Notes under the pieces: model-generated | Told to the model about the DNA's origin: nothing | Seen by the model: only the letters and a program-made list of their open reading frames with translations | Databases searched by the model: none | Part shown: one piece after another, positions 9,441 to 21,648 of the stretch | How positions within the stretch are numbered: position 1 is the first letter of the stretch | Layout: the number at the start of each line of letters is the position of its first letter | NCBI GenBank assembly: GCA_024403475.1 | Contig: JAKSRU010000001.1 | Coordinates: 1-52,696 of the forward strand | Reading direction: 5' to 3' | DNA length: 52,696 bases | DNA from: Lachnospiraceae bacterium | GTDB lineage: Bacteria; Bacillota; Clostridia; Lachnospirales; Lachnospiraceae | Translations under genes and position numbers: made by a program

Positions 9441-11426
9441 CTAATTTTCTAAATATTTTTCAATAAATTCATCCTCTGTAATAACCGGCACTCCCAGGCT
9501 TTGAGCAGTCTTATTTTTGGTTGATGATGATGTATTATCGTTATTAATAAGGCAAGTGGTTTTTCCTGTTACAGAACCTGTAACCTTACCGCCCTTACTC
9601 TCGATTAATTCCTTAATATCATTTCTGCTTGCAAAAGAATGAAGACTTCCGGTAACAACGAACACAAGTCCTTCAAGCTTTTTGCTGTCAGCCGTCACAA
9701 CCGGCTTTTCTATTTCAAGACAAGAAATCAATCTGTCAAGCTTCTCAACATTTGATGCATCAGCAAAATATCTCACAATATTTTCTGCCATTACATCACC
9801 TATTTTATCTATCTGTGCAAGATCTGAAGCTTCAGCCGCTTTGATTTTTTCTATATCATAATCATATGCTTTACTGATAAGTTTAGCATTTGCAGAACCG
9901 ATACCAGCTATACCAAGTCCGAATATAACTCTGGGTAAGGTGGTTTTTCTCGATTCATTAATGGCTGCAATCATATTCTCATAGGATTTTTCACCAAAGC
10001 CCTCGAATGCCACGATACGTTCCTTGAATCTTTCAAGATTATATAAATCTGAATATTCATGGATAAAACCGCAATCAATCAGCTTCTCAAGCGTTGCCTC
10101 AGATAAACCATCTATATTAAGTGCTTCTCTGCTGACAAACTGAGCAAAAGACTTAATCTGCTTTGCAGGGCATTCATCATTTACACAATTAAGTGTCTGT
10201 GCCTCGTTAACAGCCTTAATTACCGTTTCTCTACCGCACACAGGACATACCTTAGGAATAACAACATTACCTGAGCCAGTAAGGTTCTCAGATATCTGAG
10301 GAATAATCATATTAGCCTTATAGACACGAATTCTGTCACCGATACCAAGCTTAAGCTCACGTACAATGCTAACATTGTGAACAGATGCCCTGGTAACTGT
10401 AGTACCTTCAAGCTCAACCGGATCAAATATAGCAACCGGGTTTATCAAACCTGTTCTGCTGGCACTCCATTCAATTTCTCTAAGTATTGTTTCTGCAGTT
10501 TCATCTGCCCACTTAAATGCTATTGAATGTCTGGGGAACTTAGCAGTTCTGCCTAATGAAGCACCATACGCAATGTCCTCATAAGTCAGTACCAATCCGT
10601 CAGAAGGTATATCATATTCCTCAATAGCCTTAGCAAAATACTCTATCGCTTCAAGAATATTATCTTCATTAACATTCTTTCTTTGTACAACCTCAAAACC
10701 TTGTTCTTCTAAAAACTTAAAGCTGTTACTTCTCGAATTTTTCAAATCGTAATCTTTTCCATTTTCAATAGCCGATACAAGATTAAAAGCTACAAATCTG
10801 ACGTTTCTCTTAGCAGTAACCTCATTGTTTAACTGTCTTACAGAGCCACTGCAAAGGTTTCTCGGATTCTTATATTTTTCAGCCTCTGAATCAATAGAAG
10901 CATTAATCCTTTCAAAATCAGAATAGCTGATTACCGCCTCACCGCGAAGAACTAATTCTCCCTTAAAAGCTATCTCCAAAGGAATATTTTTAAACACTCT
11001 TGCATTAGGAGTTATTACCTCTCCTATTTCACCGTTACCTCTTGTAACAGCTTTTATAAGCTTACCTTCATTATAGGTTAATACAATAGTAAGTCCGTCA
11101 AGCTTCCAGGATAAAATACCGTCATGCCCATTTAACCATGCTCTTAACTCTTCTCGGCTCTTGGTTTTATCAAGCGAAAGCATCGGCGATGCATGACTTT
11201 CCTTAGGGAGCTCAGCAACAGCAGCATATCCTACATTAACAGTAGGACTGCCGGACATAGTAATACCTGTTTCCTTTTCAAGCTCAACAAGTTCATCATA
11301 CAATTTATCATACTCATAGTTACTCATTATCTCGGTATCCTTGGCATAATATGCCTCCGATGCCTTGTTAAGGAGTTCTACAAGCTCTTTCATTCTATTT
11401 GATTTACTATCACTCATATTTATCAC
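9441..11426 (-). CDS. ligA: NAD-dependent DNA ligase
   Basis: PMLSLDK, KLDG, TRGNG, RGE, NPRN, DGLV, Zn finger CPVC, HhH repeats, C-terminal BRCT. Confidence 0.96.
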   Translation of the reverse strand: MINMSDSKSNRMKELVELLNKASEAYYAKDTEIMSNYEYDKLYDELVELEKETGITMSGSPTVNVGYAAVAELPKESHASPMLSLDKTKSREELRAWLNGHDGILSWKLDGLTIVLTYNEGKLIKAVTRGNGEIGEVITPNARVFKNIPLEIAFKGELVLRGEAVISYSDFERINASIDSEAEKYKNPRNLCSGSVRQLNNEVTAKRNVRFVAFNLVSAIENGKDYDLKNSRSNSFKFLEEQGFEVVQRKNVNEDNILEAIEYFAKAIEEYDIPSDGLVLTYEDIAYGASLGRTAKFPRHSIAFKWADETAETILREIEWSASRTGLINPVAIFDPVELEGTTVTRASVHNVSIVRELKLGIGDRIRVYKANMIIPQISENLTGSGNVVIPKVCPVCGRETVIKAVNEAQTLNCVNDECPAKQIKSFAQFVSREALNIDGLSEATLEKLIDCGFIHEYSDLYNLERFKERIVAFEGFGEKSYENMIAAINESRKTTLPRVIFGLGIAGIGSANAKLISKAYDYDIEKIKAAEASDLAQIDKIGDVMAENIVRYFADASNVEKLDRLISCLEIEKPVVTADSKKLEGLVFVVTGSLHSFASRNDIKELIESKGGKVTGSVTGKTTCLINNDNTSSSTKNKTAQSLGVPVITEDEFIEKYLEN

Positions 11427-11466
11427 CAGCCACTTTTATGAAGACCTAAAACTAAAAGACTTATTG

Positions 11467-12186
11467 CTAATTTAAGGCTTCTCTTAAAGAACATATCTCA
11501 GCCTCATCCAATTCTCTAAACTGACCGGGCTTTAGCTTGTCCAATAACACATTTACAACTCTCACTCTTTTAAGACTTAACACCTTACAGTTACATGCCT
11601 GACACATACGTCTGATTTGACGATTAAGTCCTTGTGAAATGATTATCTCAAAGGTATAATCCGATAGCTTCTTAACCTTTGCCGGTCTCGTTGTTACATC
11701 AAGCTCCTTAAGGAAAACACCCTTTTCAAATCTTGTAAGCATATCTTCAGATATTTTTTTATCAACCCTTACAATATATTCCTTTTCATGCGCATTAGCT
11801 CCACGCATCATCTTATCAATAAGCTCACCATCATTTGTAAGCAATAGTAAGCCCTCTGATTCTTTATCAAGTCTTCCTGCATACGTTACCCTTACAGGAT
11901 ACTTAACTATGTCATTAATAACCGCTTCAGCATGCGGATCTCTCTCTGTACAGGTGATACCAACAGGCTTGTAAAAGGCTAACACAACCTTTTTATCAGG
12001 GCCTGACAGTACTTTACCGTTTACAGATATTGTTTCAGAGCCGTCAACCTTTTGACCGGACGAAGCAAGCTGTCCGTTAACAAATACTTTTCCCTCATCA
12101 ATCAGCTTATCAGCATCTCGTCTGGAACATATACCGCAGGAAGCTATATACTTGTTAATTCTAATGGGCTCATTCATCTTATTCAA
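11467..12186 (-). CDS. rRNA pseudouridine synthase, RsuA/RluB/RluF family
   Basis: S4 domain (RINKYIA..SRRDAD), GRLDKESEGLLLLTNDG, GLNRQIRRM. Confidence 0.92.
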   Translation of the reverse strand: MNKMNEPIRINKYIASCGICSRRDADKLIDEGKVFVNGQLASSGQKVDGSETISVNGKVLSGPDKKVVLAFYKPVGITCTERDPHAEAVINDIVKYPVRVTYAGRLDKESEGLLLLTNDGELIDKMMRGANAHEKEYIVRVDKKISEDMLTRFEKGVFLKELDVTTRPAKVKKLSDYTFEIIISQGLNRQIRRMCQACNCKVLSLKRVRVVNVLLDKLKPGQFRELDEAEICSLREALN

Positions 12187-12658
12187 AATACTGCTCCAAC
12201 AGTTCTATGTTACCGAAAGCAGGCACTCCTGCTCCTTCTTCTATGCCTCTTTTGGCCATTTTATCCGCAAGCTCATTATATTTAACACCGGTATGGCCTT
12301 CTACCTTATGAAATCTGATATCAATTGTCGATCCCCAGGAACGCATAGCTTGTGAATACTTCTGTGTAAGGTCATTTTTAGCCTTCCATCCACCGGTTAC
12401 CCACATCTCAATACCACTGTAGTCATAATAAATATCAATAGCAGAAAAGCCACTCGCTCTTGCACACTGAACTGCATACATAGCTCCAAGCATTTCTCCG
12501 GTAACATTTCTCTGTTTTAGCGATTCAGGATTATCTCCGTTGCCAAAAGCAGTAAATATTCTATTATCTTCGAGAATAAATACGCATCCGAATGCATATT
12601 TTCGAGCTGCATCACTGTAGCTTCCATCTACATAAGCAACAACTTTGTTTCCTGCCAT
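12179..12658 (-). CDS. Ribonuclease HI-family protein
   Basis: YVDGSY, RNVTGE, YYDY, KVEGHTG..NELAD acidic tetrad. Confidence 0.88.
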   Translation of the reverse strand: MAGNKVVAYVDGSYSDAARKYAFGCVFILEDNRIFTAFGNGDNPESLKQRNVTGEMLGAMYAVQCARASGFSAIDIYYDYSGIEMWVTGGWKAKNDLTQKYSQAMRSWGSTIDIRFHKVEGHTGVKYNELADKMAKRGIEEGAGVPAFGNIELLEQYFE

Positions 12659-12678
12659 TTTCCATCCTCAATTAAGTA

Positions 12679-13908
12679 CTACTGTGCCTTCTTAACAGCT
12701 TCTGTATAACTGTTGTTCTCCATAACATAAATATTATAAAGAGCAATATGGTCATATACCTCCTGCCAAGCAGAAGCACCATGACCGGTAACGCAAACAT
12801 AATCCTTACCGTCATCGCCCATCATATAGCTTACAGCACAATTACCTGACTGATTTACAAAACCGGTCTTTGCAGCACAGACATAACCACCTGTTACAAA
12901 ATCCTCAATTCGTCTGAGGAAAAGATTAGAAATCGTAATACCTTCAGGATTTTCAGTAGTAGCTGAAGTAGTGTACTTTCTTGCTGCCATAACCTCCTGA
13001 AGGAAGCTGTCACTTAGTGTTGCCGCCATTATTACAGCAATATCATAACAGGTTGAGTAATTATCATCAGTGTATATACCTACACAATTACTGAAATGTG
13101 TTGTCTCAGATATTCCCAATGCTTCACAATTTTCATTCATCAAATCAACAAAAGCTTCATGCGAACCGGCTACGTAAACAGCAAGCATATATGCTGCATC
13201 AGCTCCGGACTTAAGAATAGTACCGTAGAACAAATCTCTGATAGTTACACGCTCGCCAACAGAGAAATTAACAGCCGAGCATCCGTGCGAAAAAGCATAA
13301 TCTGTAGCATCCTGCGTAATCTCAATATAATTATCAAGTTCATCATCGGATATATACTGTTTTGCAGTCAAAACCGTCATCACCTTTGTCATTGAAGCAG
13401 GATACATTCTTGCATAGCCCTGCATAGAAGCAAGGATGTTCTTATCATTAACATCAATAACAATAGCATACTGGCTGTAAAAGCCTGAAAAAGTAACTGA
13501 TGAAGTTGAACCGTTTTCAGTATATGAATAATCTGCTGCATCAAAGGTATACAAACGCTGCTTACCGAATGAATTGAAAACAGCATTATTATCCACTGTA
13601 TCAGGTACAACTTCTTCCGGCACAGTTACATCTGTGTCTGTAGGTATAAGTGTCTGTTGATCAGCAACATCCTGATTATTATTTTCTGAATTATTCTTTT
13701 TAACGGCACATGATATAGTGTTTACAAGAATAACAATTATTGCCACAACAAGAATAACGCCAATTCCACCTACAAATAATTTGCGGTAAAGCAACTGACG
13801 TTTTTTCTCTGCTTCGACGCGGGCCTGTCTGGCCGCGCGCCGTTTTTCATATTCATCATCTGAAAAATAATTAATCTCTTCAATAAGATCTTTTACATTA
13901 TCACTCAT
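12679..13908 (-). CDS. D-alanyl-D-alanine carboxypeptidase (peptidase S11), membrane-anchored
   Basis: PASMTKVMT (SxxK), SGAD (variant of SxN), KTG; N-terminal TM helix. Confidence 0.88.
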   Translation of the reverse strand: MSDNVKDLIEEINYFSDDEYEKRRAARQARVEAEKKRQLLYRKLFVGGIGVILVVAIIVILVNTISCAVKKNNSENNNQDVADQQTLIPTDTDVTVPEEVVPDTVDNNAVFNSFGKQRLYTFDAADYSYTENGSTSSVTFSGFYSQYAIVIDVNDKNILASMQGYARMYPASMTKVMTVLTAKQYISDDELDNYIEITQDATDYAFSHGCSAVNFSVGERVTIRDLFYGTILKSGADAAYMLAVYVAGSHEAFVDLMNENCEALGISETTHFSNCVGIYTDDNYSTCYDIAVIMAATLSDSFLQEVMAARKYTTSATTENPEGITISNLFLRRIEDFVTGGYVCAAKTGFVNQSGNCAVSYMMGDDGKDYVCVTGHGASAWQEVYDHIALYNIYVMENNSYTEAVKKAQ

Positions 13909-14846
13909 GAATCACATCTGATCTGCAGCTCTTCCCAGCGGCGATCAACCTCCTGCTGGAATGCCTCAAGCAAATACTCGTTACCGGGCTTAAAAAGATG
14001 CTTAAAGCGTCCCTGTTTCTTAAGGAAGTCCTCAAGTGGAAGCTTATTCTTGGGTCTGTAATTCAAAATCCATTTACCCTCTGCAACCTCAAACAAAGGC
14101 CAATAGCAGGTTTCAACAGCAAGCTTGCAAATCTCCGGAAGATCGGGAGTATCATATCTCCAACCTCTGGGACAAGGAGCAAGAATATTAAGGAATGCTG
14201 CTCCGGGAGTATAAATAGCCTTCTCGGACTTGGTATAAAGATCCTTAAGATTAGACACCATTGTCGTCTGAGCTACATAAGGAATATTATGAGCAGCTAT
14301 TATTGAAGCAAGATCCTTTCTTGACTGAGGCTTACCATTTGAACAAGTTCCTGAAGGAGTTGTGGTTGTATCAGCATACTGAGGAGTAGCTGATGAACGC
14401 TGGATACCGGTGTTCATATATGCACCGTTGTCGTAGCATACATAGACCATATCATGTCCACGCTCCATAGCTCCGGAAAGTGACTGAAGTCCGATATCAT
14501 ATGTACCACCGTCACCACCGAAGGTGATGAACTTATAATTGTCGCTAATCTTTCCTCTCTTCTTAAGCGCATTATATGCAGTTTCAACACCTGAAAGAGT
14601 AGCACCTGCACACTCAAACGCTGTATGAATATAGCTGTCCTGATATGCAGTATAAGGATATGTATAGGTAGATACTTCGAGACAGCCGGTTGCATTACCT
14701 ATAACTGCATGGTCTCCGGGATGAAGAGCCTTAAGTACATTTCTAACTGCGATTGTACCGCCACAACCGGCGCACATTCTATGTCCGGGAGCAAGTCTTT
14801 CCTCACGCTCCTGAATTTCTTTAAAGTTAAATACACTCTGTTCCAT
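13905..14846 (-). CDS. porB: Pyruvate/2-oxoacid:ferredoxin oxidoreductase beta subunit
   Basis: PGHRMCAGCG, ATGCLE, GGDGG..YDNGAYMNTG (ThDP binding), PCP. Confidence 0.93.
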   Translation of the reverse strand: MEQSVFNFKEIQEREERLAPGHRMCAGCGGTIAVRNVLKALHPGDHAVIGNATGCLEVSTYTYPYTAYQDSYIHTAFECAGATLSGVETAYNALKKRGKISDNYKFITFGGDGGTYDIGLQSLSGAMERGHDMVYVCYDNGAYMNTGIQRSSATPQYADTTTTPSGTCSNGKPQSRKDLASIIAAHNIPYVAQTTMVSNLKDLYTKSEKAIYTPGAAFLNILAPCPRGWRYDTPDLPEICKLAVETCYWPLFEVAEGKWILNYRPKNKLPLEDFLKKQGRFKHLFKPGNEYLLEAFQQEVDRRWEELQIRCDS

Positions 14847-14861
14847 TATATTAATTCCTCA

Positions 14862-16043
14862 TTAATCTCTAAGTCCAAGGTAAGGATACTGATCATACTT
14901 TATTTCACCGGCAGCAAGCTTCTGAAGATTCTCATATACACCAACAATATCTTCAACCTTTACATCCCTGCCTGAAAGTCCGTACATGATATTAACAGTC
15001 TCTGCGGTGCACTTTTCACGATACATAGCAGCTCCAAGTTCAGCGCCAATAGGTCCGCCGTTACCGCTATAGCTCTCAGATCTGTCCATAAGTGCAACTG
15101 CCTTACAGTTTTTAAGTGCCTTAGCAAATTCCTCGCCGGGGAAAGGTCTGAATACACGAATTTTTAATAATCCCGCCTTAACACCCTGCTCACGAAGCTT
15201 ATCAACAGCATCCTTAATAGTACCGCATACAGAACCAATCGCAACTATTGCATACTCGGCATCCTCTAACTGATATCCTTCATAGAAGCCATACTTCTGT
15301 CCGGTTATAGCCTCAAATTCTTTTGCGACATCAAGAATCACCTGCTTAGCATTAATCATCGCCTCAGCATGTGCCTTCTTCGACTCCATGCAATAATTAG
15401 ATACAGCATAAGGTCCGATAGCCATAGGCTCGTTATGCTTGAGCAAATAATGCTCAGGCTCATACTCACCAACAAACTTTTTGATAGGCTCATCATCCCA
15501 AAGTGTGATGTTCTGCACAGCATGTGAGGTAATAAATCCATCCTGACAAATCATAACAGGAAGATGCACTCCCTTTGCTTCAGCAATTCTGTGTGCCTGA
15601 AGGAAATTATCATAAACCTCCTGATTTGACTCAGCATAAATCTGAATCCATCCGGAATCTCTTGCACCCATTGAATCTGAATGCTCAGCATTGATGTTCA
15701 AAGGACCGGTAAGTCCTCTGTTAACAAGTGCCATAACAATAGGCAATCTTGAGGAAGCTGCACAATAGAGCATCTCCCACATAAGTGCCATACCTGCTGA
15801 AGAAGTTGCAGTTATTGTTCTGGCTCCGGCTGCCTCGGCACCCATAGCAGCGCTCATAGCACTGTGCTCGCTCTCAACAGGAATGAATTCTGTATCTATC
15901 TCTCCGTTTGCAATCATACTTGCAACAAACTGAGGAATCTCTGTAGACGGTGTGATAGGGAAAGCCGGCATTACATCAGGATTAATCTGCTTTATAGCAT
16001 GTCCTATGGCCTCATTTCCCGACATTCTTGTCTTAGTAGGCAT
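14862..16043 (-). CDS. porA: Pyruvate/2-oxoacid:ferredoxin oxidoreductase alpha subunit
   Basis: GNEA, FPITPSTE, VESEHSAMS, TATSS, DGFITSH. Confidence 0.93.
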   Translation of the reverse strand: MPTKTRMSGNEAIGHAIKQINPDVMPAFPITPSTEIPQFVASMIANGEIDTEFIPVESEHSAMSAAMGAEAAGARTITATSSAGMALMWEMLYCAASSRLPIVMALVNRGLTGPLNINAEHSDSMGARDSGWIQIYAESNQEVYDNFLQAHRIAEAKGVHLPVMICQDGFITSHAVQNITLWDDEPIKKFVGEYEPEHYLLKHNEPMAIGPYAVSNYCMESKKAHAEAMINAKQVILDVAKEFEAITGQKYGFYEGYQLEDAEYAIVAIGSVCGTIKDAVDKLREQGVKAGLLKIRVFRPFPGEEFAKALKNCKAVALMDRSESYSGNGGPIGAELGAAMYREKCTAETVNIMYGLSGRDVKVEDIVGVYENLQKLAAGEIKYDQYPYLGLRD

Positions 16044-16048
16044 ATCTC

Positions 16049-16345
16049 TTAGTCCTCCATTCTAATTGCATTGAAGGGGCATGCCTTTACACAAATGCCA
16101 CAACCTTTGCAATGATCATAATCAAAATCAAGTCTCTTACCATCCTTAACGGGAATACAGCTGTCAGGACAATACGGAACACATAATAAGCACTGCTTAC
16201 ACTTTTCATTGTCGAGAATAGGAGTCTGTGTTCTCCACTCTCCGGTCATGAAATCTCTTGAAGTAGCAGGTTCATAAACAGCAAGTCCTTCTGTAAGGTC
16301 CTGCCATCTGGTCTGTTCATTTATTTCAGATGCTTTTAACGCCAT
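16049..16345 (-). CDS. porD: Oxidoreductase delta subunit (2x[4Fe-4S])
   Basis: TGEWR, two CxxCxxCxxxCP motifs. Confidence 0.92.
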   Translation of the reverse strand: MALKASEINEQTRWQDLTEGLAVYEPATSRDFMTGEWRTQTPILDNEKCKQCLLCVPYCPDSCIPVKDGKRLDFDYDHCKGCGICVKACPFNAIRMED

Positions 16346-16917
16346 GTCTGTACCTCCTCAATAGCCATAGTAAGCGCCTTGAGATTTCCCTCAAGCACTT
16401 CAGGCTTTCTTGCAAACTTATGCTCAAGTGATGTCTTCATTTCACGTAAGAAAACATCAATTTCCATTACTCCGCTGATTTTTACCATAGCGGCAAGCAT
16501 AGGAGTATTGGGGAAATACTTACCAAGCGTAGCAATACTTACCTTTCTTGCATCCAATGCATATACCTTACCGGAATAATCACCGAGAAGAGGCAAAATC
16601 TCCTCTTTACTCTTCTGTGTATTAATAAGAATTCCGCCTTCAGACTTAAGTCCACCGGTAACATTTACTGAGCTAAGCAATGTATCATCAACAACAGCTA
16701 CATAATCAGGCTCATAAATGTTTGAATGAACACGAATCTCATTATCACTGATTCTGTCATAAGCTGTAATGGGTGCACCCATACGCTCCGGACCGTACTC
16801 AGGGAAGCCTTGAACCTGCTTTCCTGCCTGAAACGCAACATCTGCAAGCAAAAGAGCTGCAGTTTTGGCACCCTGTCCACCGCGACCATGCCATCTGATT
16901 TCTGTCAAATTACTCAT
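16336..16917 (-). CDS. porC: Oxidoreductase gamma subunit
   Basis: EIRWHGRGGQGAKT, YGPERMGAP; start at MSNLTE chosen because GAGGAATGGA precedes it. Confidence 0.92.
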   Translation of the reverse strand: MSNLTEIRWHGRGGQGAKTAALLLADVAFQAGKQVQGFPEYGPERMGAPITAYDRISDNEIRVHSNIYEPDYVAVVDDTLLSSVNVTGGLKSEGGILINTQKSKEEILPLLGDYSGKVYALDARKVSIATLGKYFPNTPMLAAMVKISGVMEIDVFLREMKTSLEHKFARKPEVLEGNLKALTMAIEEVQTWR

Positions 16918-16967
16918 TTTTCCATTCCTCATTACTAATATTATTATCCCTTACGGAACCAGTTCTT

Positions 16968-18263
16968 TTAATTATCCTTATCAGAATCTTCTAAAACCTC
17001 TTCAGTATTCTCCGGCAAAATGATTTGAACGTTTTCGATTCTGTTCTGTTCCATTCCGACAACCTTAAGAGTAATACCATTATCAAGTACAACCTCCTCG
17101 TCGTTTTCAGGAAGTCTGTCGAGTTTTTCTATAATTATGCCACCAACCGAATCATAATCCTCGCTCTTAATATCTGTTTCGAGCAGATCATTCAAGTCAT
17201 CAAGATTCATAGTAGCATCTACAACATAAGTATTATCATCTACTTTTTCAAGCAGGTCTTCTTCATCCTCATCATACTCATCTCGGATTTCACCTACGAT
17301 TTCTTCAAGCAAATCCTCAAGTGTGATCATTCCGACAGTGTCTCCATATTCATTTAATACAAATGATATATTGGAGCCTCCGTCCTTCATCTCTTCCAAC
17401 AAATCCGAAGTCTTCTTATGCTCATGTGTAAAAATGCAATCACGAATATAATCTCTTACTACAAATTTATCCTTATCATCACAGAATAGAAAATCTTTGA
17501 TATTGATAATTCCAAGGAAGTTATCAGAGTTACCTTCCTTATCTTCTTCATAAACCGGCAATCGTGTATACATAGACTCCTTAAAAGTATCTAATACCTC
17601 TTCATAAGTATCTGATACCTTTACGGTAATCATATTTACTCTGGGAATCATTACATCCTTGGCTTCCGAATCAGAGAATTCAAACACATTGAGAATCATC
17701 TCGCGTTCTTCCGTCTCAATTATGCCGTCCTCATGGCTTACATCAACATAAGTCTTAAGCTCTGTCTCGGTCATTGTTTCATGATACGATGAATCCGCTC
17801 TGAAAAGCTTAAGAAACAATTTAGAGACATTATCCACAATAAAGATAACTGGTGTAAGGATAATCATCAGTGAATACACTAAACCACTGTAGGTCATAGC
17901 AATCTTCTCACTGTAAGTCATCGCCCAATTCTTCGGTACAATCTCACCACAGATAATAATGATAACAGTTAATATGACCGTCATCAGTCCGACCCATAAA
18001 CTAATCTTCATCGCAAATACCGTAGCTAATGAAGAAGCAGTCAGATTGACTATGTTATTGCCAATCAATATAGCACTTAACATCTTACTTTTTTTATCAA
18101 GGATTTTGTCCACAAGTTTAGCAGCCTTATTGCCATCCTCTGCAAGACTGTGGATTCTTATTTTGCTGACTGAAGTAAATGCAGTTTCCGCTGAAGAAAA
18201 AAAGCCGGATAAAAAAATCAGCAGTACAAGTACTATCAGCTCAATTATCGCATATTCGTCCAA
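16968..18263 (-). CDS. CNNM/HlyC/CorC family Mg/Co transport protein (DUF21-CBS-CorC)
   Basis: FFSSAETAF, GEIVPK, VMIPR, TLEDLLEEIVGEIRDEYD; TTG start at 18263 with SD GGAGG. Confidence 0.9.
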   Translation of the reverse strand: MDEYAIIELIVLVLLIFLSGFFSSAETAFTSVSKIRIHSLAEDGNKAAKLVDKILDKKSKMLSAILIGNNIVNLTASSLATVFAMKISLWVGLMTVILTVIIIICGEIVPKNWAMTYSEKIAMTYSGLVYSLMIILTPVIFIVDNVSKLFLKLFRADSSYHETMTETELKTYVDVSHEDGIIETEEREMILNVFEFSDSEAKDVMIPRVNMITVKVSDTYEEVLDTFKESMYTRLPVYEEDKEGNSDNFLGIINIKDFLFCDDKDKFVVRDYIRDCIFTHEHKKTSDLLEEMKDGGSNISFVLNEYGDTVGMITLEDLLEEIVGEIRDEYDEDEEDLLEKVDDNTYVVDATMNLDDLNDLLETDIKSEDYDSVGGIIIEKLDRLPENDEEVVLDNGITLKVVGMEQNRIENVQIILPENTEEVLEDSDKDN

Positions 18264-18403
18264 GTATAAACCCTCCATTGCAATCAGAGTTATTTTATCA
18301 TAAAGACGGTTTACATTCCATAAAAAGCGAATATAAAATGCTACAAAAAAATGCAGAAATAAAGGCGATTTCTGTACGGTACATACCAAACTATATATAT
18401 ACA

Positions 18404-18657
18404 TATAAGCGAACGCTTATTCGCAATCCGCTTCGCTTCTTGCTCATATCGTTGGTCGCAATAAAAAAATAGGCATCTGATTTTGCGCAAGCGCAATCAG
18501 ATGCCTATTCAGTATATATAAGTTTCATACGTATAAGCGAACTTGCATTCGCAATACGCTTCGCTTCTTGCTCATGCAAGTTGGTCGCAATAAAAAACAG
18601 ACATCTGATTCTGCGCAAGCGCAATCAGATGTCTGTATATTTTATTGCTCGCTTATA

Positions 18658-18658
<1 letters not shown>
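18404..18658. repeat. Two tandem copies (period 128 bp) of a branched palindromic element; copy 1 right-truncated
   Basis: Copy 1 18404-18509, copy 2 18531-18658; shared TATAAGCGAAC..TTCGCAAT.CGCTTCGCTTCTTGCTCAT..GTTGGTCGCAATAAAAAA..CATCTGATT.TGCGCAAGCGCAATCAGATG. Confidence 0.92.
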
Positions 18659-20200
<1,542 letters not shown>

Positions 20201-20218
20201 TCTTAGTCCCTGCGGACA

Positions 20219-20247
20219 ATTATAAAACAATCATTTTTGATACACAA
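20219..20247 (-). promoter_or_regulatory. Putative sigma-A promoter of gdhA
   Basis: Minus strand TTGTGT-17 nt-TATAAT. Confidence 0.55.
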
Positions 20248-20312
20248 TAAAAATATTTAAAAAATATCAAAAAAAGATAAAATACGTCAAGTTTATATCT
20301 TTTTACTGCCTG

Positions 20313-21515
20313 TTAGAATATAGTGCAATCACAATAATCAGCACTTACATATGCCAAAATACCATCAAATTTAATCGTTACCCATCCGTCTTCTACCGCA
20401 ACGATCTCATATGAGTCACCTTTAACCAGTGCTCCGAGAACATTTGAATCAGTACTTGCTTCGCTTCTGACATTAACATTGTCCAACGCCTTCATCATTC
20501 CGATAGCAGAAACTCCATCTGCACTCTGAATTAATGAAAGATATTCAGACTTAATGAAAGCCTCCTGCCCCTCGTAAATAACCTTGGTCCAACCATTAAG
20601 AAGTACCTCAACGACCTCCAGCTTCTGTCCCTGGCTAACCTCACCAAGCCTCTCGGATTCAGCACTGTCAGACTTTCTGACATTTACACTGGTAAGCGCA
20701 GTTGCATACAGAGTCTGATTTTCAAGAGGAATATCATCGATGCCGCTTCCATCACCATCAATGTTGTCAGTATCATCAGAAGGACGCGATGCATTAAGCT
20801 CTGCTATTCTCTCTCCTACAGCAGTACTTACTATACTATCAAGCTGAACAAGATACTCAAGAATATACTGATTTTCAAGTACTACTTCCTTGCTCTCTAC
20901 ATTGCACTTATTAATAAGCTCCATAACATCAGCCTGTTCCTGAACCTGAGCAATATAATCATTCTCAGCATCCGTAACCTCACCGTTAACAATGAACATA
21001 GAGCCATCCTCAGCAGTATTAACGTAATATCCTTTATATCCGGGGAAATTAACAGAAGGATATTCATTAAATATTACATAATAATATACATATGCAACAT
21101 AAGTACCATCGAGAGGACCATCCTGTGTATACACCTCATTGATAGTATAATTCAGATACTTGGCATGCTCTTCATATCTGAAAAGCTCACTCTCATCTAT
21201 AGTGTCGCACAGACTAACGATTTTATCGCCATCACCGGTTGAAAGCGCTTCATAATAATCATTCAAAAGATTATTGAGAAGCTCATCACTACTCATTTCC
21301 AAAGGAACAGTCATATCCGGTGCGGTTAAAACTCCATCACCAACAGTAACATTAGTTGTAGGCTGACTTGCGGAATTATCATACTTCATCTGAAGATTAA
21401 GAACCACAACTACAACCACTGCGGCAAGCACCATAGCAATAACCGGGTAAGCTACCTTCTGATGTTTTATGATAAATTCAACTACTTTATTAAATAACTC
21501 TTTTAACTTCTTCAT
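20313..21515 (-). CDS. Membrane-anchored protein with two C-terminal SH3b domains
   Basis: N-terminal TM; two repeats VNVR..S....LG....G...W..(V/I)..G..A(F/Y); start MKKLKE with SD GAGGA. Confidence 0.85.
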   Translation of the reverse strand: MKKLKELFNKVVEFIIKHQKVAYPVIAMVLAAVVVVVVLNLQMKYDNSASQPTTNVTVGDGVLTAPDMTVPLEMSSDELLNNLLNDYYEALSTGDGDKIVSLCDTIDESELFRYEEHAKYLNYTINEVYTQDGPLDGTYVAYVYYYVIFNEYPSVNFPGYKGYYVNTAEDGSMFIVNGEVTDAENDYIAQVQEQADVMELINKCNVESKEVVLENQYILEYLVQLDSIVSTAVGERIAELNASRPSDDTDNIDGDGSGIDDIPLENQTLYATALTSVNVRKSDSAESERLGEVSQGQKLEVVEVLLNGWTKVIYEGQEAFIKSEYLSLIQSADGVSAIGMMKALDNVNVRSEASTDSNVLGALVKGDSYEIVAVEDGWVTIKFDGILAYVSADYCDCTIF

Positions 21516-21539
21516 AACTTCCTCATCTGTAAATGATGC

Positions 21540-21611
21540 TGCGACCGACAGGAATCGAACCTGCATTAAAGGCGTCGGAGGCCTCCGTTCTATCCATTAG
21601 ACTACGGTCGC
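21540..21611 (-). tRNA. tRNA-Arg(CCG), CCA not encoded
   Basis: GCGACCG acceptor stem, D arm GTCTAATGGATAGAAC, anticodon arm GAGGC-CTCCGAC-GCCTT, T arm GCAGG-TTCGATT-CCTGT. Confidence 0.96.
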
Positions 21612-21648
21612 AAAATGTTACAAAATTATTACATGCACCATCCTGCCT

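Noticed and set aside
21516-21566. N-terminal extension of the SH3 ORF given in the ORF track
   Set aside because: Overlaps the tRNA gene; the SD-supported ATG is at 21515
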